DNA of 64,000 nucleotides from the NCBI GenBank assembly GCA_036388255.1, contig DASVSD010000015.1, positions 1,962-65,961 on the forward strand, written 5' to 3'. The DNA comes from Allosphingosinicella sp. (GTDB lineage Bacteria > Pseudomonadota > Alphaproteobacteria > Sphingomonadales > Sphingomonadaceae). The position numbers and the translations under genes are program-made. The notes under the pieces were generated by a model, which saw only the letters and a program-made list of their open reading frames with translations, made no database searches and was not told the origin of the DNA. Positions 1 through 9,777 of this stretch are shown here, piece after piece (within the stretch, counting starts at the first letter, position 1; each line of letters opens with the position of its first letter).

Positions 1-1
1 C

Positions 2-1720
2 GTCGTCCCGTCCGCCAAGCTCGGCGTGCCCGAAGTGAAGCTCGGCCTCCTCCCGGGCGCGGGCGGGACCCAGCGCCTGCCGCGCGCGGCCGGAGTCCGT
101 CTCGCGCTCGAAATGGCCGCCACGGGCAATCCGATCGGCGCCCGCGAGGCAAGCGACGCGGGGCTGGTCGACCGGATCGTCGAGGGCGATCTCGAGCAGC
201 ATGCGGTGGCCTTCGCCGACGAGGTGAAGGCCGTGCGGCCGATCCCGAAGACCAGCGAACGCGACGACAAGCTCGGCGAAGCGCGCGACAATCCCGGCCT
301 GTTCGATGCCTTCCGCCAGGCCAATGCGCGCAAGTTCCGCGGCTTCGACGCCCCCGAGGCGAACATCCGGGCGATCGAGGCGGCCGTCGCCCGCCCCTAT
401 GCCGAGGGCGTGCAGGAAGAGCGGCGGATGTTCATGGAGCTGATGAGCGGAACGCAGGCGCGCGCGCAGCAATATTTCTTCTTCGCCGAGCGCAAGGCGT
501 CGAAGATCGAGGGCCTGCCCGAGGACACGAAGCCGCGCGACATCCGCAGGGTCGGCGTGATCGGGGCGGGCACGATGGGCGGCGGCATCTCGATGAACTT
601 CCTCTCCGCCGGGATTCCGGTGACGATCGTCGAGCAGCAGCAGGACGCGCTCGACCGGGGAACCGGCGTGATGCGCAAAAACTACGAGGCGTCGGCCGCC
701 AAGGGCCGGATGACGGCCGATCAGGTCGCGGGCGCGATGGGGCTGCTGACGCCGACGCTCAGCCTCGACGACCTCGCCGACTGCGATCTCATCATCGAGG
801 CGGTGTTCGAGAATATGGACGTCAAGAAGGAGGTGTTCGGCAAGCTCGACAGGATCGCGAAGCCGGGCGCGATCCTCGCTTCCAACACCTCCTACCTCAA
901 CATCGATGAGATCGCCGCGAGCACCTCGCGGCCGCAGGACGTGGTCGGCCTCCACTTCTTCTCGCCCGCCAACGTCATGAAACTGCTCGAGGTCGTCCGC
1001 GGCGCGAAGACGGCGCCGGACGTTTTGGTGACGTCGATGATGCTCTCCAAGAAGATCCGCAAGGTCGCGGTCGTGGCGGGCGTCTGCTACGGGTTCATCG
1101 GCAACCGCATGCTGATGCCGCGCCAGGTCCAGGCCAACCGCCTGCTCCTCGAAGGCGCCACGCCCGAGCAGATCGACCGCGTCCATGTCGAGTTCGGGAT
1201 GCCGATGGGCCCGTTCCAGATGGCCGACCTCGCCGGGGTCGACATCGGCTGGCACCGCGACCCGGCCCGGATCGAGAATGTCCGCGACGCGCTCTGCGCC
1301 GCCGACCGCTGGGGCCAGAAGAAGGGCGCCGGCTTCTACGATTACGACGAGAAGCGCCGCCCCACCCCCTCGCCGGTGGTCGCGAAGATCATCGACGATT
1401 TCCGCGTGAAGGAGGGCGTCGAGCCGCGCGAGATCTCCGATCAGGAGATCATCGAGCGCACCCTCTACACGATGGTCAACGAGGGCGCGAAGATCCTCGA
1501 GGAAGGCATGGCCCAGCGCGCCTCGGACATCGATGTCGTGTGGGTCTACGGCTATGGCTGGCCGGTCTATCGCGGCGGCCCGATGTTCTGGGCAGACACC
1601 GAGGGCCCGGCGAAGATCGTCGAGGGGCTGCGGCGCCAGCAGGAGCGGCTGGGCGGCGATTTCACCTTGTCGAACCTGCTTGTCTCCAAGGCCGAAGCGG
1701 GAGAGAAGTTCACGCGGTGA
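2..1720 (+). CDS. 3-hydroxyacyl-CoA dehydrogenase / enoyl-CoA hydratase multifunctional enzyme (5'-partial)
   Basis: Frame is open from the window edge ([28 protein letters not shown], crotonase motif); [15 protein letters not shown]-binding motif; ASNTS and [11 protein letters not shown] motifs. Confidence 0.93.
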   Translation, partial: VVPSAKLGVPEVKLGLLPGAGGTQRLPRAAGVRLALEMAATGNPIGAREASDAGLVDRIVEGDLEQHAVAFADEVKAVRPIPKTSERDDKLGEARDNPGLFDAFRQANARKFRGFDAPEANIRAIEAAVARPYAEGVQEERRMFMELMSGTQARAQQYFFFAERKASKIEGLPEDTKPRDIRRVGVIGAGTMGGGISMNFLSAGIPVTIVEQQQDALDRGTGVMRKNYEASAAKGRMTADQVAGAMGLLTPTLSLDDLADCDLIIEAVFENMDVKKEVFGKLDRIAKPGAILASNTSYLNIDEIAASTSRPQDVVGLHFFSPANVMKLLEVVRGAKTAPDVLVTSMMLSKKIRKVAVVAGVCYGFIGNRMLMPRQVQANRLLLEGATPEQIDRVHVEFGMPMGPFQMADLAGVDIGWHRDPARIENVRDALCAADRWGQKKGAGFYDYDEKRRPTPSPVVAKIIDDFRVKEGVEPREISDQEIIERTLYTMVNEGAKILEEGMAQRASDIDVVWVYGYGWPVYRGGPMFWADTEGPAKIVEGLRRQQERLGGDFTLSNLLVSKAEAGEKFTR

Positions 1721-1738
1721 CTGCGTGAAAGGAACCCG

Positions 1739-2278
1739 ATGTTCGATTTGCTCGCCGCCGCTTTGCTCGCGGCTCCGGCGCCGGCGCCGGCCGCACCCAG
1801 AGTGATCATGCTGCGCTGCCACATGATGGAGTGCGGCTGGTATCGGCCTCTCACGTCGCGCGCGGTTCGCCAGGGCGAGGGCTGGAGCCTCCTCCGCGTC
1901 ACCGCACGGCACGGCACGTCGGTCCACCGCCCGGGGAGCCGCGGAGGGTCGCATTACCCGGCGCGCTACCGCCCAGGCCTTCCGATCCGCTGGGACGCCC
2001 AGCCGAGCGTTGGCTGGGTCCTTTGCTCGCCGAGAGCCCCGGTTTCGATGTTCCGGAGCGAGGACGGGACCTGGATCGCCCACAAGCTGAACCTGTTCGA
2101 CCTGCCCGGTTTCGCCGAATCGTCCGCCTATATCTATCTCGACGCCTGCCACGGCCTCGGCCGCGACGCTCTGGAGGACCGGCCGCGGCTCCGCGAGCTC
2201 GGCTATTCGGACTCCGAGCCGTCGCAGCAGCTGGAGCTCAGGACCCCCGAAGAGATCCTCGAGCATCTGCCGCGCTGA
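1739..2278 (+). CDS. Hypothetical secreted protein
   Basis: GAAAGGA RBS; Ala/Pro-rich signal-like N-terminus; CHMMEC motif; high-GC codon usage. Confidence 0.65.
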   Translation: MFDLLAAALLAAPAPAPAAPRVIMLRCHMMECGWYRPLTSRAVRQGEGWSLLRVTARHGTSVHRPGSRGGSHYPARYRPGLPIRWDAQPSVGWVLCSPRAPVSMFRSEDGTWIAHKLNLFDLPGFAESSAYIYLDACHGLGRDALEDRPRLRELGYSDSEPSQQLELRTPEEILEHLPR

Positions 2279-2364
2279 TGCCGCCTCGAACGAGAGGAAC
2301 ATGGCACCGGGGATCGTTCCTGCTCAGATACGGGCGCTGAAGGCCGTTCGTGCGTTGGAGGGCG

Positions 2365-2928
2365 ATGGATCAGCTCGCTCTGTTCGACCCCCCTACCGGC
2401 GCTCCCGAGGGCATTGCTTACGCGCCCGAGCTCATCGGCGCGGAGGAGGAACGTGCGCTGATCGAGCGGTTTGCTGCCCTGCCCTTCGCGCCGTTCGAAT
2501 TCCACGGCTTCCTCGGCAAGAGGCGCACCGTCTCGTTCGGCCATCAATATCGTTTCGACGGCAGCGGCCTGGCCGAAGCCGAGCCGATCCCGGACTGGCT
2601 CGAACCGCTCCGCGCCCGTGCCGCCGCCTTTGCGGGACTGGAGCGGGACGCCCTCGTCCATGCCCTGCTGATCGAATATGACGAAGGCGCGGGCCTGGGC
2701 TGGCACCGCGACCGGCCCGTGTTCGGCGACGTCGTCGGAGTGTCGCTGCTCTCCGAGGCCCCGCTCCGCTTCCGGCGCAAGCTGGGGGACAAGTGGCAGC
2801 GATTCACGCTGCAGGCGGCCCCCCGCTCGGCTTATTGCCTGCGGGGAGCCGCCCGGACCGAGTGGGAGCACAGCCTCGCCCCCGTGGCTGCGCTCCGCTA
2901 CTCGGTGACCTTCAGAACTCTGCGCTGA
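2365..2928 (+). CDS. AlkB-family 2OG-Fe(II) dioxygenase
   Basis: GWHRD (HxD), distal H in WEHS, RYSVTFR C-terminal motif; GGAGG RBS before ATG 2365. Confidence 0.88.
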   Translation: MDQLALFDPPTGAPEGIAYAPELIGAEEERALIERFAALPFAPFEFHGFLGKRRTVSFGHQYRFDGSGLAEAEPIPDWLEPLRARAAAFAGLERDALVHALLIEYDEGAGLGWHRDRPVFGDVVGVSLLSEAPLRFRRKLGDKWQRFTLQAAPRSAYCLRGAARTEWEHSLAPVAALRYSVTFRTLR

Positions 2929-3050
2929 TCCTTCGAGGCGGGCTTCGTCAAGCTCAGCCCTTCCTCAGGATGAGCGTTTTTCCACTCCGCTCATCCTGAG
3001 GAGGGTCTGAGTAGCGCGAAGCGCGTATCGAAGACCCGTCTCGAAGGATC
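2927..3050. repeat. REP-like inverted doublet (CTCATCCTGAGGAG...GTCTCGAAGGA family)
   Basis: CCTCAGGATGAGCG/CGCTCATCCTGAGG inner arms and GATCCTTCGAG/CTCGAAGGATC outer arms, between convergent genes. Confidence 0.8.
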
Positions 3051-3064
3051 GCCGGGCGCAGCGA

Positions 3065-3094
3065 AGGGGACGGCTCCCCCCGGAACCGTCCCCT
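3065..3094. repeat. Short hairpin of the GGGGAC(A/G)G family
   Basis: AGGGGACGG...CCGTCCCCT inverted repeat. Confidence 0.55.
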
Positions 3095-3107
3095 CGCGCC
3101 CCCGCCT

Positions 3108-3641
3108 CTAGCTGTAGAAGATGTGGAGGCCGATCCGGTCCTGGCGGGCGAGGCGGCGGCCCCAGCTCGGCGACACGTAATCGGCATGGTACCAGAGCAC
3201 GTCGCTGTCGACCGCGCGCGCGGTGCCGGCCAGCGCGATCCGGGCGATGGCGACGGCATTGCTCCACGCCTCGGACGAGCGGTCGGCATTCGGGATGCGG
3301 CCGGTGCGGTTGACGAAGGAGAATTGCCAGGGCTGCTCGACCACCTCGCAAATGGTGTCCGGATAACGCTCGGAGCGGACCCGGTTGAGGACGACGTCGG
3401 CGACCGCGAGCTGGCCCTTCAGCGGCTCGCCGCGCGCTTCGAAATAGACCGCGCTGGCGAGGCAATCCTGCTCCCGGCTGTCGGTCTCGACGCGGGCGGC
3501 GCTCGCCACCTGCTGCTCGAGCGTGCCCGAGAAAGCTGCCGTCGCGATCGGTGCGGTCTGGCCGGGAGCGCTGACGCCGGTGGCAGCGGACAGGGCGAAG
3601 GCAGCGACGGCAAGCGCCGCGGCACGAAACGTGCGGATCAT
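3108..3641 (-). CDS. Cell wall hydrolase (SleB/Hydrolase_2 family)
   Basis: Signal peptide; CLASAVYFEARGE, VVLNRV, QFSF, WYHADYVSPSW, IGLHIFY motifs. Confidence 0.92.
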   Translation of the reverse strand: MIRTFRAAALAVAAFALSAATGVSAPGQTAPIATAAFSGTLEQQVASAARVETDSREQDCLASAVYFEARGEPLKGQLAVADVVLNRVRSERYPDTICEVVEQPWQFSFVNRTGRIPNADRSSEAWSNAVAIARIALAGTARAVDSDVLWYHADYVSPSWGRRLARQDRIGLHIFYS

Positions 3642-3659
3642 CGAACCTCGTTCTTTTCA

Positions 3660-3820
3660 GTGCGGTGTGCTGATCCCCCGGATGCGGCTCGCGCATCCCG
3701 ATCAGGTCCCCGTCTCGCATTTGCCGCCGGCCCTCAGGCTCTGGCGGCGCCCGCTCTCGCGTTCATTCGCTGCAGGGTCCCTGACCTATGTTGCGAGTCG
3801 AAGCAACAGCGCACCGCCAC
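3660..3820 (-). ncRNA. Candidate structured cis-regulatory RNA in the 5' leader of the cell wall hydrolase
   Basis: Closing stem GCGGUGCGCUG/CAGCACACCGC (10 of 11 bp), inner stem AGGUC/GACCU, and three hairpins; not matched by eye to a named Rfam family. Confidence 0.5.
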
Positions 3821-4004
3821 ATTTCGGACGAAATGGTTAACGCTGTCGGTGAGTTGAGGAACGAACGTAAATCCAACGTAAACTCAATCGCTTGAGTAGA
3901 TTTGCGGCCGAGGCCGCGGCCGGAATGGGGTGTGGCAGCGGGTTGAGACCGTGACGCGCCCGGTCTAAACCCGCGGCGGCGGAGGGGAGGAAAAGGGCGC
4001 TGTC

Positions 4005-4412
4005 ATGGCCTATTGGCTGCTGAAATCCGAGCCGGGGAGCTACTCGTGGGACGACCTGCTGCGCGACGGTGCCACCGAATGGGACGGCGTCCGCAACCCG
4101 GCCGCGCGCCTCCACCTCAAGGCGATGAAGCCCGGCGACGAGGCCTTCTTCTACCATAGCGGCGATGTCCGCGCCGCGGTCGGCATCATGCGAATTGCCC
4201 GCGGCGCGCAGCCCGACCCGAAGGACGCGAACTGGGTCGCCGTCGCCGTCGCGCCGGTGCGCGCTCTCGCGCGCCCGGTGACGCTCAAGGAGATCAAGGC
4301 CGAGCCCCGCCTCGCCGGAATGGAGCTGATCCGCCAGTCCCGCCTCTCCGTCTCGCCGGTGCGCGAGGAGGAATGGGCGGCGGTCCTCGAGCTGGCGGAC
4401 CGCCCCGCTTAG
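4005..4412 (+). CDS. EVE domain-containing protein
   Basis: YWLLKSEP, WDGVRN, MKPGDEAFFYHS, SRLSVSPV motifs. Confidence 0.93.
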   Translation: MAYWLLKSEPGSYSWDDLLRDGATEWDGVRNPAARLHLKAMKPGDEAFFYHSGDVRAAVGIMRIARGAQPDPKDANWVAVAVAPVRALARPVTLKEIKAEPRLAGMELIRQSRLSVSPVREEEWAAVLELADRPA

Positions 4413-4428
4413 GCGAAGGGCGCTTCCC

Positions 4429-7400
4429 TCACAGCAGGAAGTCGGACGCGATCAGGGTCACGGCCGTGTCGAGCTGGATCAGGAAATCGGCCTTGCCGTC
4501 GCCGTTCACGTCGCCGCTGACGAAGGTGTCGCCGCCGGACTGCTCGTAGCGCAGCTGGCCCGCCCGGTTCGAGAATGCGGCCGCGCCGATGAAGGCGAAG
4601 CTCTGATTGCCCCCCGAATTGAGGTTGGCGTCGAGGGCGCTGAGGTTGATCTTGTCGCCCTCGGCGCGGATGAAGTCGACGATGAGGTCGGGCGCGGCGA
4701 CATTGCTCTCGGCGGCCGAGGCGAGGACGAAGCGGTCGGTGCCGGTCCCGCCGATCAAAGTGTCCGCGCCGAGCCCGCCGGTGATCGCGTCATTGCCCGC
4801 GCCGCCGTCGATGATGTCGGCGCCGCCGCCCCCGCTCAGCGTGTCCGAGCCGCCGAGGCCGTAGATCGTGTCCTCGAGTTCGGTTGCGCGCGGCTGCCCG
4901 GAGACGCTCGACGTCGTCGAGATGGTGTTGCTCGCCGACGTGCCCACGATCGTGTTGCCCTCGCGGACGTTGGTGACGGTCACGCTCAGCGCCTGGCTGT
5001 CGCTGAACGCGCCGTCGCTCGCCGAGACGACCACTTCGTAGACGTTGTTCGCGCCCGCATCGCCAGGCGCTTCGTGGTTGGGCGCGACGGCAAAGGCGAG
5101 CGCGCCGGTCGCGGCGTGGATCGTGAACCGCGCGGCGTCGGCGCCTCCGGCGATCGCGTAGACCAAAGCGGCGCCCTCGGGGTCGGTCGCCGCGACCGTC
5201 GTGACGTTGCGACCGTTCTCGCCGATCGACAGCGACGCGCTCGCACCGCCCCCGTTCGAGGTGATCGCCAGCGCCTCGTTGACGTCGCCGACCCGGACCG
5301 ACACCGCCTGGCTGTCGGCAAAGGTGCCGTCGCTCGCCGACACGACGACCTCGTAGACATTGTCGCCGCCGACATCCCCGGGCGCCTCGAAATTCGGCGC
5401 GGAGAGGAAGGCGAGCGCGCCGGTCGCGGCGTCGATCGCGAAAAGATGGGCGTCGGCTCCCCCCGCGACCGCATAGGCCACCGCGCCGCCGTCGGCGTCG
5501 CTGGCCGCGACGGTCGAGACCGCGGCCTGGTTCTCGGCGACGGTGACGCTGGAAGATGCGCCGCCCCCGCCCGAGCTGATCGTGACCCCCTCGTTGACGT
5601 CGTCGACGGCCACCGCCACCGACTGGATGGCCGTAAAGGCGCCGTCGCTCGCCGAGACCAGCACCGCGTAGATATTGTCGCCGTCCGCGTCGGCCGGAGC
5701 CTCGAAATCGGGAGCGGAGAGGAAGCGCAGCGCTCCCGTGGCGGCGTCGATCGCGAACAGGGCCGCGTCCGCTCCGCCGGCGATGGCGTACGCGACCGAG
5801 TCGCCGTCGGCGTCGCTGGCGGCGATTGCGGCAGCCGCGGTCTCATTCTCGAGGACGGAGGCGGTCGCCGCCGAGGTGATGGCCACGCCTTCATTGACGT
5901 TGCCGACCGTGACCTGGAGCGTCTGCCAGGTCGTATAGGTGCCGTCGCTGGCGCCGACATCCACGTCGTAGACATTGTCCCCGTCCGCGTCGCCGGGCGC
6001 TTCGAAATCCGGCGCGGAGACGAAGGCGAGCGCGCCGGTCGCCGCGTCGATCGTGAAGAGCGACGCATCGGCGCCGCCCAGGATCGCGTAAGCGGGGACC
6101 GTGCCGTCCGGGTCGTAGCCGACGACATTCGTCACCGCGGCATTGTTCTCGCCGACTGCGATTGCGGCGCTGGTGCCGCCGCCGTTCGAGCTGATGAAGA
6201 TCCCCTCATTTTCGTTGACCACGGTGACCGCAAAGGCCTGGGCGGCGCTCGACGCCCCCGAAGCCGCGACGACGGTGACTTCGTAGACATTGTCGCCGTC
6301 GGCGTCGGCCGGCGCCTCGAAATCGGGGCGGTCGTCGAAGACGAAGGTGAGCGCGCCGCTGTCCGGGTCGATCGCGAACAGGCCGGCATCGGCGCCGCCC
6401 GAGATCGAATAAGCGACCGGGCCGCCGTCCGGGTCCACGGCCGCGACCGCGCCGACCTGCCGGCCATTCTCGCTCATCGCCAGGGCGACCGAGCCGGCGC
6501 CGGCATAAGAGACGATGGCGAGGTCCTCGTCGACGTTTCCGACCGTCACCGACAGATGCTGGTGGTCGCCATATTCGCCGTCGCTCGCGCGGACGGCGAC
6601 CTCGTAGACATTGTCGCCGTCGGCGTCCGCCGGCGCTTCGAAATCGGGCGTCGCGAGGAAGAACAGGTCGCCGGTCAGCGCGTCGATCTCGAACAGCGCA
6701 GCGTCCGCTCCCCCAGAAATGGAGAAAGCGAGAGCATCGCCGTCGACGTCAGCCGCCGCGACCTTGATCACATAAGGGTGGCTCTCATCGGCGGATACGC
6801 TCGCCACGTCGCCCCCGCTGCCCGACGTGATCGATACGCCTTCGTTGACGTTCTCGACCAGGAACTGGATCAGCTGGAAGGTGCTGAGCTCGCCGTCGCT
6901 GGCGGTGACGACGACGTTGTAGAAATTGTCCTCGCCGCCGTCGACCGGCGCCTCGTAATCGGGCGCTGCGGCCAGGCTCAGCACGCCGGTCGCCGCGTCG
7001 ATCACGAACAGGCCGGCGTCGCCGCCGCCGGTGATCGAATAAACCACCGGGCCCGGCGCGCCGTCGTCGGTCGCGACGACCGTCGTCACCGCGGTCTCGC
7101 CTTCGCGGATGCGCACCCCCGTCGACGAGGTGCCGCCGCCGTCCGACACGATCGTCGGCCGCTCGTTGGGCACGACGATCTCGTTGGTGAAGATCCGCGC
7201 CTTCACCTCGTCGTCGTCGGCGCCGGTGCCGTTGGCGTCGCTCCAGCTGACCACGAACTTGCCGTCGCCCAGGCCGACGATCCCCGGCTCGGCCTGGTTG
7301 CCTCCGGTCTGGCCGTTGGCGAGCTGCGGTCCGCCGACCGGCTGGCCCTCGGCATCGAACACCTGGACGGCGATCGACCGGCCGGAGCCGTCGCCGGGAA

Positions 7401-8355
7401 GCTCGGCGCCTTCGGTGGTCCAGGCGAGCGCATAGCCGCCGTCCGCGAGGGCGGTCAGCTCGGGCCCGACCTGGACGCCGCCCAGCGCGGTGGCGACGCT
7501 GGCTTCAGCCCCGACGGGTACGCCGGCGGCGGTGAAGACCTGGACGTGATGCGCCGAGGACGAATACCAGGCGACCGCGAAATTGCCGTTGGCGAGCACC
7601 GCCACCGACGATCCGACGGAAGCCGTGTTGGCGACGACGATCTCGCCGCCGATCTTCGCGCCGGCAGCGTCGAACAGACGGGCCTTGATCAGGCCGCCGG
7701 CGCCGGTGTCCGTCCAGCTGACGACGTAGCCGCCGTCGGCGAACGCGGCGACCGATGCGTCGAACTGGCTGCGGAAGGTCGCGCTGTTGACCAGGACGTC
7801 GCCGCCGACGGCCGCGCCGTTGCGGTCGAACGCGCGCAGATGGACGCCGAGCCGGTCGGCGTCTCCGCCCGCGGTCCGTTCGTCCTCCCAGGCGACGGCG
7901 AAGCCGCCGCCGGCGAGCGCCGCCACGTCCGGCTCGTTCTGGCCGAACGCGTTGACCGTCGACTGGATGATCTGGAAGGCCGGCGCGGCCGCGGACCCGC
8001 CATCGTCGAACAGCCGCGCGTAGAGCCCGCCGTTCGTCCAGGCGACGACGAAGCCGCCCCCGGTGAGCCCGGCGACCGTCGGGCTGGAGCCGCCCGAGCC
8101 GAGCGTCAGCTCGCCGCCGACCGCCGCGCCGTCGGCGCTGAAGACCTGGCCCTTGAGCAGCCGGTTGACCGAGGTGCCGGGCGTCGCTTCGTACCAGACG
8201 ACCACGAAATTGCCGTTGGCGAGCCTGGCGACGGCGCTGTCATATTGCGACCGCTCGTAGGTCGAGTTGACCGTGAATTCCGGCCCAGCCGGCGCATAGC
8301 TCGCCGCTTCGTCTTCACCCGCGGCCTCGTTCGCGCCAGCGCCCTGTACGATCAT
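4429..8355 (-). CDS. RTX/cadherin-repeat adhesin (likely T1SS substrate)
   Basis: 7 N-terminal LxxGxF/YxVxW repeats, 7 cadherin repeats (PD/NxEAP..D.D.DN.Y.V), GGxGxD nonapeptides, serralysin-type C-terminal domain; no signal peptide; start could be 8367. Confidence 0.88.
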   Translation of the reverse strand: MIVQGAGANEAAGEDEAASYAPAGPEFTVNSTYERSQYDSAVARLANGNFVVVWYEATPGTSVNRLLKGQVFSADGAAVGGELTLGSGGSSPTVAGLTGGGFVVAWTNGGLYARLFDDGGSAAAPAFQIIQSTVNAFGQNEPDVAALAGGGFAVAWEDERTAGGDADRLGVHLRAFDRNGAAVGGDVLVNSATFRSQFDASVAAFADGGYVVSWTDTGAGGLIKARLFDAAGAKIGGEIVVANTASVGSSVAVLANGNFAVAWYSSSAHHVQVFTAAGVPVGAEASVATALGGVQVGPELTALADGGYALAWTTEGAELPGDGSGRSIAVQVFDAEGQPVGGPQLANGQTGGNQAEPGIVGLGDGKFVVSWSDANGTGADDDEVKARIFTNEIVVPNERPTIVSDGGGTSSTGVRIREGETAVTTVVATDDGAPGPVVYSITGGGDAGLFVIDAATGVLSLAAAPDYEAPVDGGEDNFYNVVVTASDGELSTFQLIQFLVENVNEGVSITSGSGGDVASVSADESHPYVIKVAAADVDGDALAFSISGGADAALFEIDALTGDLFFLATPDFEAPADADGDNVYEVAVRASDGEYGDHQHLSVTVGNVDEDLAIVSYAGAGSVALAMSENGRQVGAVAAVDPDGGPVAYSISGGADAGLFAIDPDSGALTFVFDDRPDFEAPADADGDNVYEVTVVAASGASSAAQAFAVTVVNENEGIFISSNGGGTSAAIAVGENNAAVTNVVGYDPDGTVPAYAILGGADASLFTIDAATGALAFVSAPDFEAPGDADGDNVYDVDVGASDGTYTTWQTLQVTVGNVNEGVAITSAATASVLENETAAAAIAASDADGDSVAYAIAGGADAALFAIDAATGALRFLSAPDFEAPADADGDNIYAVLVSASDGAFTAIQSVAVAVDDVNEGVTISSGGGGASSSVTVAENQAAVSTVAASDADGGAVAYAVAGGADAHLFAIDAATGALAFLSAPNFEAPGDVGGDNVYEVVVSASDGTFADSQAVSVRVGDVNEALAITSNGGGASASLSIGENGRNVTTVAATDPEGAALVYAIAGGADAARFTIHAATGALAFAVAPNHEAPGDAGANNVYEVVVSASDGAFSDSQALSVTVTNVREGNTIVGTSASNTISTTSSVSGQPRATELEDTIYGLGGSDTLSGGGGADIIDGGAGNDAITGGLGADTLIGGTGTDRFVLASAAESNVAAPDLIVDFIRAEGDKINLSALDANLNSGGNQSFAFIGAAAFSNRAGQLRYEQSGGDTFVSGDVNGDGKADFLIQLDTAVTLIASDFLL

Positions 8356-8446
8356 GCTCACCCCCACCCGGATATGGCGAAGGGTTAGGCGGCGCTGAGT
8401 TTACGACAGGTAAAGGCCGCTATGAGGGATCGCCGGCCCCCGCCCC

Positions 8447-9076
8447 TCACCATTCCTGAACGATGAAGCGGTGCCAGCGCGCCGTATAGCCGCGCTGCTC
8501 CATTTCCGCGCGGCGCCGCGCCGATTCGGCAGTGTCGTGCTCGACCCGCCCGTCCGACCAGGTGATCTGCCATTCCGAATAAGTCTGCATGTTGCATTCT
8601 TCGTTCGAGCGGCCGGGGTGGTCGACCCAGCACACCTCGTAGCGCCGCTCGCGCCGCCCGGTCTGATAGGCGCTCCCGCCGCCGCCGTGGCCGCCGCCGC
8701 CGCCGCAATTGCGTCCGTTCCCGCCGGGATCGGACGGGTCGCTGTCGGAGCATCCGCTGCGCGTCCCGCCTCCCGCGGAGCCGCCTCGCCCGTTGCCGAT
8801 CGGATCGGACGGATCGCGATCGGTCACTCCGCTGCGATTGCCGCCGCCCGCACCGCCGCGCCCGTTGCCGATCGGATCGGAGGGGTCGCGGTCGGTGATG
8901 CCGCTGCGCGAGCCTCCGCCGCCGCGCCCGCGCCCGATCGGGTCGGACGGGTCGCGGTCCGTCACCTGCACCGCGCCTGCTTCGCCGGAGACGGCGAGCA
9001 GCCCGCCCCCGGCGACGGCCGACCCGGCCACGGTGGCAAGGAACGAGCGGCGGTTGAGATTGCGCGTCGGCTTCAT
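8447..9076 (-). CDS. Tat-signal, Gly-rich protein with TDRDPSDPxGxGRG repeats
   Basis: NRRSFL twin-arginine motif; 4 repeats separated by Gly linkers. Confidence 0.8.
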   Translation of the reverse strand: MKPTRNLNRRSFLATVAGSAVAGGGLLAVSGEAGAVQVTDRDPSDPIGRGRGGGGSRSGITDRDPSDPIGNGRGGAGGGNRSGVTDRDPSDPIGNGRGGSAGGGTRSGCSDSDPSDPGGNGRNCGGGGGHGGGGSAYQTGRRERRYEVCWVDHPGRSNEECNMQTYSEWQITWSDGRVEHDTAESARRRAEMEQRGYTARWHRFIVQEW

Positions 9077-9326
9077 GGCGGACCCCCTGTTTCACGCGTG
9101 GTGAAAACAGGCCTCGGCGCACCCCGTGCGAGGCCGAGCGCTCGAATGGTTCATGCCGGGCGAGTCGCTCAGGCAGAGCATAGTGGGTCGGGACGGGGCG
9201 TGCAAAACCGGGCGCGGCTGTTCGCAGCGCACTCCCGAGGGAGCGTCCGACCCCTTGCAGTGCCTGCGGCTGACAGAAGCATTCCTCAATGGTAGGGATG
9301 CGGCAACAGGGGATCGGGGAGGTCCG

Positions 9327-9731
9327 ATGGGCTATATCGTGGGCGCCGCCATCGCGCTCGGCGTCGCGGCGTTCGCCGCTCTCAGCGGCTTCGACCGCGA
9401 CCGCGCTTTCTGGCCGACCGTGCTGATCGTCACCGCTTCTTATTATGTCCTGTTCGCTGCGCTCGCCGCGGCGAATTCGGCGCTCGCGCCCGAGATCCTG
9501 TCGCTCGCTTTGTTCGCGGCGCTCGCCGTCATCGGCTTCAGGACCAGCTTGTGGGTGGTGGCCGCCGGCCTCGCCGCCCACGCCGTCTTCGACCTCCTGC
9601 GCGGCGGCCTCATTGCCAATCCGGGCGTTCCCGTTTGGTGGCCGGACTTCTGCATCGGCTTCGACGTCGCCGCCGCGGCGTGCGTGGCGTGGTTGCTGAT
9701 GCGCCGCGGCGTGGCCACGCCGCGGCGCTGA
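9327..9731 (+). CDS. Hypothetical membrane protein
   Basis: GGGGAGG RBS; several hydrophobic segments; AHAVFD and PVWWPDFCIGFD motifs. Confidence 0.75.
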   Translation: MGYIVGAAIALGVAAFAALSGFDRDRAFWPTVLIVTASYYVLFAALAAANSALAPEILSLALFAALAVIGFRTSLWVVAAGLAAHAVFDLLRGGLIANPGVPVWWPDFCIGFDVAAAACVAWLLMRRGVATPRR

Positions 9732-9777
9732 GGGCAAACGGAGACGACGGGGGCTCGCCGGAGCGATGAGTAGGAGG

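Noticed and set aside
2288-2330. Possible SOS box upstream of the alkB-like gene
   Set aside because: GAAC-N5-GAAC has the wrong spacing and GTTC-N7-GATA is too degenerate
3660-3820. 6S RNA, SRP, c-di-AMP or yybP-ykoY identity for the structured leader
   Set aside because: Consensus motifs were not recognised by eye and the context does not fit; kept as an unknown RNA
4980-7180. Recurring DNA repeats (TCGTAGACATTGTCGCCG...)
   Set aside because: They encode cadherin repeats; not a CRISPR or non-coding array
5074-8388. 1104-aa antisense ORF, and similar ones at 11015, 23087, 29495, 43139 and 45548
   Set aside because: These are shadow ORFs opposite real genes, expected from high-GC codon bias; they have no recognisable motifs
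8720-8965. Periodic repeats resembling a mini CRISPR array
   Set aside because: Variation falls mostly at synonymous positions and the spacers are Gly codons, so this is a protein repeat; no cas genes
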